A DNA stretch of 64,000 nt from Octopus sinensis (Eukaryota). The position numbers and the translations under genes were made by a program. Of this stretch, positions 14,101 through 28,900 are shown in pieces; the stretch's first letter is position 1; each line of letters opens with the position of its first letter. The notes under the pieces are model-generated. The model was not told the origin of the DNA and did no database searches. It saw nothing but the letters and a program-made list of their open reading frames with translations. The stretch is taken from contig NC_043003.1 in NCBI RefSeq assembly GCF_006345805.1, forward strand, positions 20,770,001-20,834,000. Reading direction: 5' to 3'.

Positions 14101-17100
14101 GTCTGTGACCAAGAGGAAATAACTACTCCGAAATTCTAGCATCTCACAGACTGGGTAGGAAGCACTATGAGCTGATCTAGGTCTGTACACACCATTTGTC
14201 AACAAATAGGATATATTTTCCATGACAAACGCAGTGAATAGCTTGTTCTCCAGTTCAAATGTCTAACAAGCATATTTGGACTGATTACAATACCATTACA
14301 ATTTTACTTATCACTGCTTAGTATCCCACCTCTATAACATCTTGTACTTATTTACCAGACACAGTAAATCCAGAACTAATTTATCTAATGTCCTTTGCCA
14401 TTTTTTTTAGAGGTAGGGTCAGTGAGGGAAATTTACCTGCTATTTCTAGCAGGTTAAGTGATTGCATAGTGGTTACCTTATTGGTTCATGTCACCAAAGC
14501 TTTTGTGCATAAATGGAGACAAGAAGGGAAAAATAGTGATATAATTCTTACTGAGAATTTGATCCTTGAATGCATTACATGTGCTTCCTGTCCTGTAATT
14601 GGAATTTGAAAATGAACTAATTCACAAATGTATGATTTAATTAGCAATATTATATTCACACTTAGCAATTAATAAAAGAAAATATAATTACAAATAAAAT
14701 CATCTCATGACAAAATTCCATGCAGCACAGAATTTTGTCAGTGAACAGGTCACAGTCTCAAAGTGACGAAAATATTTTGGCAAATTAAATTTAAATGTTG
14801 AAGTGAATCTAACGTATTTTCTACGTTTCTTAAATGGCTTATAAACACCTTCCATGCTGCAATTGTTTTCGTTCCAGCACACAATCTCAGATCAAGTCAC
14901 TTGCTATGCAAGTACATCTCCATAATATATATACTTTTCATTTGTCTTGCTCGCTTACGTTTCTGGTGTTTGCTAAATTTTCTAGAGAACAATTCTTAGT
15001 GGTAAGATGGTAAGACCATAGCGGATCTTCTAGCATAAGGGTTTCCACAGAGTGGTAAATTCCCTCTTATATGTATGTAATACTATATATATATATATAC
15101 ATATATAACTGAATAAAGATTATGAAACTGCTGTAAACATATGGGATAGATTATTTTTATCTCTCACTTCACCTAAATTTGATTTTATATATATATATAT
15201 ATATATAGACAAATCAAAAATTAAAAATAGCAAAACAACAAAAGTCAAAAAGGCATACACATTGACATTCAGTATAAGATGGAGAAAAAGAGCGGGTGTA
15301 TGTTTTGATCATGGTTCTTCATCAGAAAGAGAAGAAAGGAAATATCCAGTGAAAGAAAAGAAGTCCAAGAAAAGCATGTGTGGTTACATATATACATACA
15401 TTCATACACATACGTGTGTGTGTGTGTGTGTTTGTCTCTTTATCTTTCATTTGTCATTGGACTGTGGCCATGCTGGTGCACTGTCATGAAGGATTTAACC
15501 AAACAAATCAATCCCAGTACTTATTGATTTTTATTGGTCTCTTTTGCCAAACTGCTAAGTTAAGGAATGTACACAAACCAACATTGGTTGTTAAGCAGTG
15601 AAAGGAGAAATGCAAAGACAGAAGCACACACACACACACACACACACGCACACACACGCACACACACACGCCAGGATTCCACAGAATTTTATCAACCAAT
15701 TTCACTCATATTCACAAGGCTCCTTGTCAGCCAGGGGCTGCAGTAGAAAATACCTGTCCAAGGTGCCACGCAATGGGATTGAACCCAAAACAACATAGTA
15801 GCAATCCACAGCCATGCCTATGCTAAAAAAAAAAACATTTTATAAACTTACCCAAAACGATTAACCGTTGTTTTGAATCCAAAAACACCACAAAAATGAG
15901 CTGGAGCCCGAATGCTACCACCTAGGTCTGTTCCAATGCCTAAAATCGATCCACCAAAACCAATGAGGGCTGCTTCTCCTCCACTGGACCCTCCAGGACA
16001 TCGATCAGCTTTATGTGGGTTAAGAGTTTGTCCATAAATATTATTATCACAGGCAATGCTGAAAAGAAAATATGAAAATAAAAAATGTAAAAATAACTAA
16101 TAAAAACCATTTGGGTTTTTTTTTTACTTTTGCTTGTTTCATTCATTGGACTGTGGCCATGCTGGGGCACTGCCTTGAAGGTTTAGTCGAAGAAATCAAC
16201 CCTAGTGCTTATTTTTATTTCTAAATCCTGGTACTTATTTTATCATTCCCTTTCATCAAACTGCTAAGTTATGCATGCCCATGTAAAATGATCAACACTG
16301 ATTGTGAAGCAGTGGTGGGGAGACAAACACGAACACAAGGTACACACACACACATATACACGCTCACACACACACAACAGGCTTCCACACAGTTTCTATC
16401 AGATAAATTCATTCACAAGGCATTGGACTACAGGGGAAGATAGTTGCCCAAGGTGCCACACAATGGGACTGAACCCAAAAACTATGTGGTTGCAATGCAA
16501 GCTTCTTAACCACACAGCCATGCCCATTGTAAATGCTTCAATATCATTACATAAGTTATGGGTAATAACAACCATTTTGTTTTTATCTTTTACTTTTTTC
16601 AGTCATTGGACTGTGGCCATACTAGGGCACCATCTTCAAGTACACCAGTACTTATTTTTCATGAGCCTGATACTTATTCTATCAGTCTCTTTTGCCAAAC
16701 CACTAAATTATGGGGACACTTGCTCAAGGTGCACACAGTGGGATCGAACCCAAATCTATATTTTTGGGAAGCAAGCTATTAAAACACACAGCCTGACTAA
16801 TTTGTAAGAAAAACAAGTTGCAGTTATTGTTTAACCCCAGTCAGGCCCAGTGATAGAGAAGACTTATTACCAAGGACATACAGCCATCTCTTATATATAT
16901 ATATATATATATATATAATGGACTACACTGTGGTCAGTGTGATCTTCTTCAAGTCATTAGGATGTGTATTGAAAGCAATCAGGCTGCTTGTTCTAGTAGA
17001 TCAAGTAAAGTAGCACAGAGGCATCTTCTTTAGATTGAGAAAGAGAAGTTTGATAGCAGAGGTGAAAACTCAGCAGAAGACAGAATATTCATTAGAAAGA

Positions 17101-18297
17101 GAAAGGTAACATGATTTCAAGGTGTTAATGAAAGCTTACGTTAACATAGCCTGTGGTACATTTGTTGTAACAAATGGAATGGCACCAAGCTCTTTCAGGC
17201 ACTGAAATAGAAATTTAGATATTCGATATCAGTTTAGTTGCACAAGACATTAGAAATTAGTTCATAAAGGAAAAACACAAGAAGCAAATCTAATTCATTG
17301 TCTTAAGATGATTTAATACACAATAGATAATATGTAAGTGTGAATGTGTGCATGATTGTGCAGTGTGTGTGTGCGTATTACATACACACATATATATATA
17401 CATACATATACATATACATATATATATATATACATACACATACATATACATATATATACATACACATACATATACATATATATACATACACATACATATA
17501 CATATATATACATACACATACATATACATATATATATATATACATACACATATATATATATATACATACACATATATATATATATACATACACATATATA
17601 TATATATACATACACATATATATATATATACATACACATATATATATATACATACACATATATATATATATACATACACATATATATACATATACATACA
17701 CATATATATACATATACATACACATATATATACATATACATACACATATATATACATATACATACACATATATATACATATACATACACATATATATACA
17801 TATACATACACATATATATACATATACATACACATATATATATATACATACACATATATATATATATACATACACATATATATATATATACATACACATA
17901 TATATATATATACATACACATATATATATATATACATACACATATATATATATATACATACACATATATATATATATACATACACATATATATACATATA
18001 CATACACATATATATATATACATACACATATATATATATACATACACATATATATACATATACATACACATATATATACATATACATACACATATATATA
18101 CATACATATATATATATATACATACACATATATATACATACATATATATATACATACACATATATATACATACATATATATATATATACATACACATATA
18201 TATATACATACACATATATATATATATACATACACATATATATACATACATACACATATATATATATACATACACATATATATACATACATATACAC

Positions 18298-18358
<61 letters not shown>

Positions 18359-18975
18359 CATATACATACATATACATATACATACATATATATACATATA
18401 CATATACATACATATATATACATATACATACATATACATATATATACATACATATACATATATATACATACATATACATATATATACATACATATATATA
18501 TACATATACATTTATACATACATATATATATACATATACATTTATACATACATATATACATATACATTTATACATACATATATACATATACATTTATACA
18601 TACATATATACATATACATTTATACATACATATATACATATACATTTATACATACATATATACATATACATTTATACATACATATATATATACATATACA
18701 TTTATACATACATATATATATACATATACATTTATACATACATATATATACATATACATTTATACATACATATATATACATATACATTTATACATATATA
18801 TATATATATATATACATATACATTTATACATACATATATATATACATATACATTTATACATACATATATATATACATATACATTTATACATACATATATA
18901 TATACATATACATTTATACATACATATATATATACATATACATTTATACATACATATATATATACATATACATTT

Positions 18976-19035
<60 letters not shown>

Positions 19036-22000
19036 GGTGCATCTGTTTTTTGAGGTCATTTGCATTAATTCAGAAAAAAGTGTATAGGTCATCAAAGAAA
19101 AGCTGCATTTGAAAACAAATTGGTACAATTAGTTTTCAGAATCCTTTCATCACATCTATTCAATGAATCCAACATTAGCATAAAACAGTGCTTCAATATG
19201 GGTCTGATGTGGTGACATGCCCCAAAATCAGATGTCCTTTATCATTTCTAGACACAGTGTTGGTTATATCAGACTCGAGAAACTGTGTGGTATTGAAGGT
19301 GTAGATTGACTTCTCTCTTGAATATGCCCCATTTTTAATAGGCCAGTGGATTGAGGTCTGGTGAGCCAGGAGGTCACGTGCCTGGGAATGATCATATAGA
19401 TTGTCACACATCCATACTTGGGTTGTCCAAACCTTATGAGATGGCACAGTCTTGTTGGAAGAAATACAGTGTGCCGGTGGCACATAAAAAGCACCAACCG
19501 ATCGTGGCCGTTGCCAGTCTCCCTTGGCACCTGTGCTGGTGGCATGTAAAAAGCACCCATTACACTCATGGAGTGGTTGGCATTAGGAATGGCATCCAGC
19601 TGTAGAAACACTGCCAGATCAGACTGGAGCCTGGTGCAGCCTTCTGGCTTCCCAGACCCCGGTTGAACCGTCCAACCCATGCTAGCATGGAAAACGGACG
19701 TTAAATGATGATGATGATGATGATGTTGCATTCTATACCTAACCAGACCTCGTAACTGTCTTCAATAGCAATGTCGATTCTTAAGCCCTGTGTAAAAAAG
19801 GGTAAAGGCATGACATCTACCTAATTGCAACAACTGCCAGAACCATCACTCCACATCCCTCAGCATAAAATTGCTCGCCTTTGGGTTTGCAGTCTTGAAA
19901 ACTGCATGAGAACTTCACCAGTGTTGGTGGAACAAAAACAAAAAAAGATGCAATAGAGGCCATATAAAACTTGCTAAAGCAAACACTGGAGCACATTGCA
20001 GCCCTTGGCTCATCAAGTACTGTCATACCAATAGTAGTGGCAGTGGCGATGGCGACGATGATAACAATGATGTTGATTTGCTTTAATCACTTGTCTTTGA
20101 TAATGAGGAAATCCAAGCCTTTTGTTAATATTATCTCATTCTACTATTGCCCGAGGTAGTAATTAACCTAGTTAAATTAATTGCAAATGACTGAAATGTT
20201 TCCTGGATATAAAAATAATACAAACCTTAACGAGATTTGAATCTTCGGTGGCAGGTGGGTACAACAGGCTGGAACCTAACCCCCAAGTCATTCGAAGTCC
20301 CTGAATCAGTGAAAACAAAGGAAGGATGAGTACAATTATGGTGAGAACAGGGTTCAATAACCATAGTAACAAGCATTTTAGTTCATTGTACAACACTAAC
20401 AATCACAATCACATGTCAGAGAGTTTCTATGTGATTGTTTGACCTGCTGGGAAATCTCTATATATATAAAGCTGAAGTTGTCTGTGTATGGCAGGTTTGG
20501 TAGCCTTCAACTAACACTATCTCTTCCGAGACCCTGCAGCGCAAGTTGACCAAAATTGAGAGTATGATAGAAGAAGGCTTGCTCTTCCTTCCGTAGAAGA
20601 TAAAATTCAAATCAGACCATATTAACACCAAAAATTATTTACATCAAAAAGGTGCTTTTTTCTATGAAAATCCCTATTTTTTATGATTTTTTTATTGCTG
20701 TGTCGCCATTTTTCGGTGTATTTCAAGCAGAAAAATGTTCACTTAAAGAGAATAACAAGCTACATAATACAAAATTTTTACTTTTCAAAAATTCCAATTC
20801 TAAAGGGTTGAAACAAACCCTAGCAATGCCGGGCGATACTGCTAGTAGAAGCTAAATCTCCTTCAAATTACACCTTGTTGTCTTAAAAGCTAAGAAATGA
20901 CAAAAGGAATACTGTAATCCTAGATACACTGTGACAGGAGAAAAACAAAAGTAGGAATATCATGAATGGAACTTAGTGATCATAAAATTGCTATTGTTGT
21001 TTAGCTCCTGGTCAGCCTTGATCAAGCAGACTTATGGTCAAAGGCATTCTGGCCATGACCATCTGATACTTTTACATATGAAGAACAACATAGTCAACCC
21101 CATTCTTCTTAATTTAAAATATTAGAGTATAATTTGAGAGTGATTTGTTGGTTACTTCTTGTAGGCTGAGTGACTGCAGAAATTACCTCATTGGTTCATA
21201 TGGTAACATGTACTGCAGTCCAGTGGAGAATGTAGCAATGAAAATAACCAGCTTTTAACCCAGGGATGAGGAAATTTTTTTCTCTCTTTTCTTCTATTCT
21301 TTCCTCTCCAATCCCACAATCCTCATTATGCTCATACATTATAGGCAATGACTGAGTAGACCTTTTCCAGAACAGCTCTCATTGCAGTTACCAAATATAA
21401 CTGGTATTAACAGCCTTGATAACGACTATTGGGACATCTACTTAGCCATTGTCAGTTCTTGAATGCTATTACCAACTATTATCTATGTTGGTTATAGGCC
21501 TACCTGTCCATACAAGCAAACTGTAGATTGAACAATGTACTCCCATGGAACTGAGTTGTCTTAGAAAAGAGATTAAGATTCACTTCACAGTTGTATTGTA
21601 GCAGTCACTAAACGAAGAAAAGTTACTAAAAATTAACTTTCAAATAAAAACCAACCTTGTGGAATATGGTTTCTTTCAGACTAATTGGAATTCCATGGAG
21701 AGGTTTGGTCACAGATGGTTGAGCATCACATTTCAGTGCTAATTCCTGAGTAAAAAACAAATAAGATCATTAATACTTATTTTGCATTTAAACTATGATC
21801 TCTGATAGATCAAGGAAATGTTTATTGTATCATCATTGCTATATAAGTTAAAATCTAGAACTGAGGAAATTGTAGGTCTGTGTCAGTAAAAAATAATTCA
21901 TGAAGGAGTATAAAAATTTAAATAAATGTGGTTACTACGAAGAGAGAAAGAGATCTGTACTTTCAGATTAAGGGTCTTTAATGAAGAAAGGAGGGTTCTG

Positions 22001-22748
22001 TGTGTTGTGGTTGAATTATAACCAGAAAGTCTTATTACAATATGGTTGTGTGGTTGATAAGTTCCTTTGTAGTTGTGTAATTCCAAGTTCAATTCCACAA
22101 CATGATATTTGGGTTAACATGTAAAAAAAGGAAGAACTCTGTAATTTTAAATTAAAGGTCTTTATTGAAGAAGGGAGAGTTCTGTGTGCTGTAGCTGAAT
22201 TATAACCAGCATGGTACCTGGGACCAATGTCATCTACAGTTGTCTTGAGTCAATCTAGGCAACAGGTGAGTGCACATTTAAACATAAATGACAGCAGAGA
22301 TCATTGAGTGTTGTTGGATCTGTATGCATACAAATATCTTATACTGGTTTCCTGATATGTGATCTACATAGATAGCAAGACTATCTTTTTGCAAATGTAA
22401 TCAGCTCAGAGCTGTGGCCATACTGATGCACCACTGTTTTGCTACACAGTTTTTACTGAGATCCTCCTCCAATATGTGGCACTTGATGAAGAATGGGGTT
22501 TGATGTAGCTACCCTCATTTGCACCTCTTGCCGTGAAGTAGGTTCATCTGAGACTCTCAACAGGAAGAGGTCCAGCTTTGATTATAGTAGATTATTTCGG
22601 TAACCATGGGAGCTATGAAAAAAAATACAAAGCTCAGCATCACCACCAGATCATTCTACACATCTGTGTAATGTTTTGTGCAATTCCACCAAGCCATTTG
22701 ACCATGAATCCCAAGGCAAGAAAGAATTGCCCATGTCAAATTTATACA

Positions 22749-22783
<35 letters not shown>

Positions 22784-22959
22784 GACAGGCTTCTTTCAGT
22801 TTCCATCTACCAAATCCACTCACAAGGCTTTGGTCAGCCTGAAGCTATAGTAGAAGACACTTGCCCAAGGTGCCACTCAGTGGGACTGAACCCAGAACCA
22901 TGTGGTTGGGATGCAAGCTTCTTACCATACAGCCACTCATGCATGCATGCATCCATCCA

Positions 22960-22990
<31 letters not shown>

Positions 22991-25900
22991 AACAGTCATT
23001 TACAACACTCATTCAAAGCACACACACACAATGTCAAGACAAAGAAGACCAATGGTCACATACTCACTTTCAAACACACATACATATATACATCACAGGC
23101 ACAAAATACAGATGAAGAAAGAACTGTAGACACAAACAGTACAGGTAAGACTGGAAACAAACACAGGAATCTAGAGAACACTGTATGGCATAATACATAG
23201 CATATACATTGTGGTCTGCTTAGAAAACAAACACAGAATAGATCATGTCTCCTTACCTCAGCATCAGGAATTATAGCAACAATGCAGTTGATTTTCTCTT
23301 GAGCTTCAAGTGCCTACAGCAGAAAAATCAGAGATTATTAATGCTAAATATAGGTTCATAACATTGGCAAAAGGAAGGTTGTTTTGAGTGGTTAGGTACA
23401 ATCGCTTAACAAACCTTCAGTATAAATGCAATATACCTTTTTACTTGTTTCAGTCATTTGACTGTGGCTGGCCAAGATGGAGCATAGCCTTTAGTTGAGC
23501 AAATCGACCCCAGGACTTATTCTTTGTAAGCCTAGTACCTACTATCTGTCTCTTTTGTCGAACAGCTAGGTTACGGGGACGTAAACACACCAGCATCAAT
23601 TGTCAAGCGATGTTGGTGGGACAAACACAGACACACAAACATATACACACATAAATATATATATATACATATATACAAAGGGCATTTTTCAGTTCCCGTC
23701 TACCAAATCCACTCACAAATCTTTGGTCGGCACAAGGCTCTAGTAGAAGACACTTGACTAAGGCGCCACGCAGTGGGACTGAACCCAGAACCATGCGGTT
23801 CATAAGCAAGCTACTTACCACACATCCACTCCTATGCCTATATGCTGATTTTTGTTCATAACTTTTCTCAGTTTGGTCAGAATTTGATTCTTGTAAATTA
23901 TAAACAGACAAGCTTGGCTGTGTGGTAAGAGGCTTTCTTCCTAACCACATAGTACTGGGTTCAGTCTCGCTGTGTAGCACCTTGGGCAAGTGTCTTCTAC
24001 TATGGCCTCAGGCCAACCAGCGCCATGTGAGTGGATTTGGTAGATGGAAATTAGAAGAAGCCCGTCATATATATGCTTCGGTGAATTTTAGTCAAAGGAA
24101 TCAAAGCCACTATATATTTTCTTTGTAAAGCCTGATAGCTATTCTGTCGATCTCTTTTGCCAATTACTAAGTTACAGGGACATAAACACACCAACACCAG
24201 TTGTCAAGTGGTGATGGGGGACAAACACAGACCAGACACAAAGACACACACACATATTTATATATGTGTCTGCATGTATACATATATACATACATTCCAT
24301 CCTGTGCCTGTGAAATCTTGTATCCCTGCCGTAAGGCTTTACTTCCACACACGCCTGCTTAATTTAATTCTTCCTTGGTCGAAAGACACCTCTTGTTATG
24401 TACTGTTATTTGTATTTGTGTAACATTCTTTGTTTTTTTCCTGCCATTTTTTCGTATACATTCCATGCTTTCTTCCAAGGAATCAAATGCTCTTAGCTTA
24501 GTTTTTCCTTGGGGTTGACCAGATTGGAGCAATCTCGAGTATAACCAGCTGAAATTGCAAAGATAATCTGGAACTCGACTGAGAAAAGAAAACTCCAAAT
24601 GACCTGTCCTTGTTTTCTTTGTATTGCCTATCTGAATGCTTTGTTGTCCCATTTTTGTATCACCTAACTGTCTGAATGTTTTGCAGTCTTGTCCATTTTG
24701 CATTTATATATATATATACATATACACATAGACACAAACACACTTGATAGGTTTCTTTCAGTTTCCATCTACCAAATCTACTCACAAGGCTTTGGTCAGC
24801 CTGAGGCTATAGTAGAAGACACTTTCCCAAGATTCTATGCAGTGAGACTGATCCTGGAACCATGTGATTAGGAAGGAAACTTCTTACCACACGGCCAGGC
24901 TTGCTCTTCCTTCCGTAGAAGAAAAAATTCAAATCGGATCATGTTAACAGCAAAAATTATTTACATTAAAAAGGTGCTTTTTTTCTATGAAAATTCCTAT
25001 TTTTTATGGGTTTTTTACTGTGGTGTCGCCATTTTTCGGTGTATTTCAACCAGAAAAATGTCACTTAAAGAGAATAACAAGCTATATAATGCAAAATTTT
25101 TACTTTTCAAAAATTCTAATTCTAAAGGGTCAAAACAAACCTGAACAACGCCGGGTGATACTGCTAGTAGTGAAAAAATTTTGAGTGGATATATTCAGGG
25201 AGTTAAAAACCAATTAATGAATGGCTTTAAAAAAAAAACACAACATAAAATAAATAAAAATTAAACAACCTTGAACTGATAAGCACGAAGGACATCAATG
25301 GCTTTTAATGAGCGATCTTTGAGAAACTTCTGCAGATTGACAATATCCAGTGATAGAATTTTGTTCCTCATCTCTAAAGTCAGCTGAAAGAGAAGAACAG
25401 AAGGAAAATTAAATCTTGTATGGAAAAGAGTGAAAAATAAGAAATGAATTCCTTAATATTTCAAATATTGTTTTGTTTCCACCTTGAATTATGAATTTGA
25501 TTCTTGACTCACTACGGAATTTGCTTCCTAGCCACATGCTTTCAGGTTCAATCTCACAGTGTGGCACCTTAGACAAGTATCCTCTGCTACAGCCCCAGGC
25601 CAACCAAAACCTTGTCGATTGGCTTTGGTAGATGAAAAATGAAAGAAGCTCATCATATATATCTCTCTCTATATAAACGGCAGTTTGTCTGTGCGTGTTT
25701 CTGTGTGTCTGTTTTCTCGTACCCTCACCCTGACCACGGCTTTCAACCGATTCTGATGAACTTGACACACACATAGCCCAATGTCATAATTCAAAACTAA
25801 CGCAGCGAAAATTTTGAAAAGTTCCCCCAGTTCTGAAAAAATCGATAAATTCGACATGGGGTCGAGAATAAAAAAAAACAAACCCCAGACTGTCTAGGGG

Positions 25901-28900
25901 ACGCAACTCAACCTTTTTTTACTCTCAAAAAAAAATTTACCATCATTTTTTTTCCATTTTTTTGCTATTTTTTGGCTATAACTCTCTAAAAATGCTTTAT
26001 AGTTATTTCCCTTACAAACCTGAGCAACGCCGGGCGATACTGCTAGTTTAATATATATGTGTGTGAAGGCAAATGGTTTGGTGGTTAGAGTGTCAGACTC
26101 ACAATCATGACGTAGTGAACTCAATTCCCCAACCAGGCTGTGTATGGTGTTCTTGAGCAAGACACTTTATTCCACATTGCTCCAGTTCACTCAGCTGTAG
26201 AAATGAGTTGCAACATCACTGGTGCCAAGCTGTATCGACCTTTGCCTTTCTCTAGGATAACACTGGTGGTGTGGAGAGGAGAGACTGCTATGCATGGGTG
26301 ACAGCTGGTCTGCCACAAACAACCTTGCCCAGACTTGTGCCTCGGAGGGGAATTTTCTAGGTGCAATCCCATGGTCATTCATGACCAAAGGAGGTCTTTT
26401 ACTTTTTATATGAGTGTGTGTGTGTGTGTGTACACATGCACGTATGTGATGCTTTGCTTTGACTGTACATGATAGTTGTAAACAAATGTTACCATCATGC
26501 AAGCAGTGTCCTCCATTCATCTTCCATGAAGACATGTCTGGTTAAGGGAATTATTACCTTCCTTGGAAGCCAGTTGAGGAATGACAACAGGTAGGGCATG
26601 TGGCTGTAGAACATCTGCCTCAACAAAATTCTGACTGACCCATTCAAGCATGGAAAAGTGAATGCTATGACGATGATGATGATGATGATGATGACAATGG
26701 TGAAGATGATAATGACGATAAGCAACGTTATGGTAGGGTCAACTAAGTATTTTTTATAAAATTCTGCCCTTTTATTTGCTAGAAGAGAGCTTAATTTGAG
26801 TTGCCATTAAATTTGAGTCACCATTAAATGTAAACCATTAAATCTTTCACCAGTTCCCTTTCTCTTTAGCACTTTCATCATGAGCCATTTTCTCTCTTTT
26901 CAGTGAATCAACAAGAGAATCGCTATGCAGTCATTTAACCTGATAGAAGCAGTAGCCAAATTTTCTTCAAATCACACTCTACAATCTTGCCTTTATAACC
27001 CCTAAAATATCTATATGCAGAAACAATTATTTGTTGCTTTTTGTAAGCTTATTTAACACTAGGTAAACTTATCATCATCACCATCATCCTTGTTTAACGT
27101 CTGCCTTCCATGCTGACATGGGTTGGATGGTTTGACAGGAGCCGGTGCAGGCAGAAGACTGCATCAGACTTCTGTGTCTGTTTTGGCATGGTTTTTGCAG
27201 CTGGATTCTCCTCCTAACACCAACCACCCCACAGAGTGAACTGAGTACTTTTTATGTGGCACCAGCCCAGGCAAGGTCAGTTTTGGCATGATCTTTACAG
27301 CTAGATGCCTTTTCCAAATGCCAACCACTTCACAGCATGGACTGGATGCTTTTTACATAGCACCAGCACTGGCAGGGTCACCAAGTAACTTTCAAGACAA
27401 AGATCTTTTCAGAGGGGTGGTGGCATTGCAGGAGCTGATCTTGTATCACCTGATGAAAGGTTAGAGTGTGACAGAGAGAGACAGACAGAAGCAGGTGTCT
27501 TAATATAAACTGCTTGATATGACTACATTTTATTACACACACACACACACACATATGCATATAATACCAAAATATCAATAATCATGCAAAACCTACCAGG
27601 TATTATAATCCCTTACACATAAGTGGCGCAGGAGTGGCTGTGTGGTAAGTAGCTTGCCTACCAACCACATGGTTCCGGGTTCAGTCCCACTGCGTGGCAC
27701 CTTGGGCAAGTGTCTTCTACTATAGCCTCGGGCCGACCAAAGCCTTGTGAGTGGATTTGATAGACGGAAACTGAAAGAAGCCCGTCGTATATATGTATAT
27801 ATATATGTGTGTGTGTGTGTGTGCGTGTATGTTTGTGTGTCTGTGTCTGTCCATCTAGCATTGCTTGACAACCGATGCTGGTGTGTTTATGTCCCCGTCA
27901 CTTAGCGGTTCGGCAAAAAGAGACCGATAGAATAAGTACTGGGCTTACAAAAAGAATAAGTCCCGGGGTCGAGTTGCTCGATTAAAGGCGGTGCTCCAGC
28001 ATGGCCACAGTCAAATGACTGAAACAAGTAAAAGAGTATAATAATGTTTAAATGTAAAAAGTCCTTAGAGCTCATCCAACTTTTCTATTTCATCATTTTC
28101 TTTCCACAACAACAAAGTATTAGAAGCATCAAGGATTATAAATAATAAGTGTTATAGGATTAAACAGAAATTAATGCACTGGACAATATAATCCCTGATA
28201 TACAAAAGCACAACAGTGACTTCTCATTTCCTGTGCTAATAACCTATTACATGAAACAAGGGATGTGTTCAATAACTCACTTTAGTACAGGAGTCACAAA
28301 ACATTAAACATTCATCTCTCCCCAAACACAACATATTTTAACTTGACTCTTATAAAATAACTAGTTTGGTTTAGGAAGCCTTTGAGAATTGCAAATCAAC
28401 AATTTTAGAATGTAGATATGACTTCTCTACAAATATCTCATCAGTTACTATTAATGTTTCTTAACTGTCATTTTATTTTAAACTAGATTAAAAGCCACAC
28501 TTTTAAACCAGCTCCAGTGGAAGGCTAATTAGACCCAAAACTGAAAAGAGCTAAATTATCATGACTATAATACATCTATAATGGCTATATGCCCCAGTGG
28601 TGTTTGATCAGAAGTTATGGATGGATGAGAATTAATTCTGTAATGCTATCATTCTATTATTCCAGTCTAAATTTGAATTCCAACTGTTGGCTAATTTGTC
28701 CCAAAGTTCTTATCTCGACGTAAAATTAATAAAGCGAATGTCATTTATTTCCCCCCTTGATCTCTGACATCATCTGACAAATGCCACCAAGATGGTGTGA
28801 ATCAGCCAAGCTTTACCTGCTAGAAATAGCAACCCAAATGCTTTTAATTCAGATCTCAATGCTGCATGTTCAAGAACCAAATAAACAGATTTTCAATCCC

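Noticed and set aside
17290-19128. 377-590 aa ORFs (YIHT/MYVC repeats)
   Set aside because: Stop-free translations of a TA/CA microsatellite, open in many frames on both strands; not genes.
27658-27871. Recurrent ORFs such as ...[33 protein letters not shown]
   Set aside because: Antisense translations of SINE-A, repeated at every copy; not a protein family.
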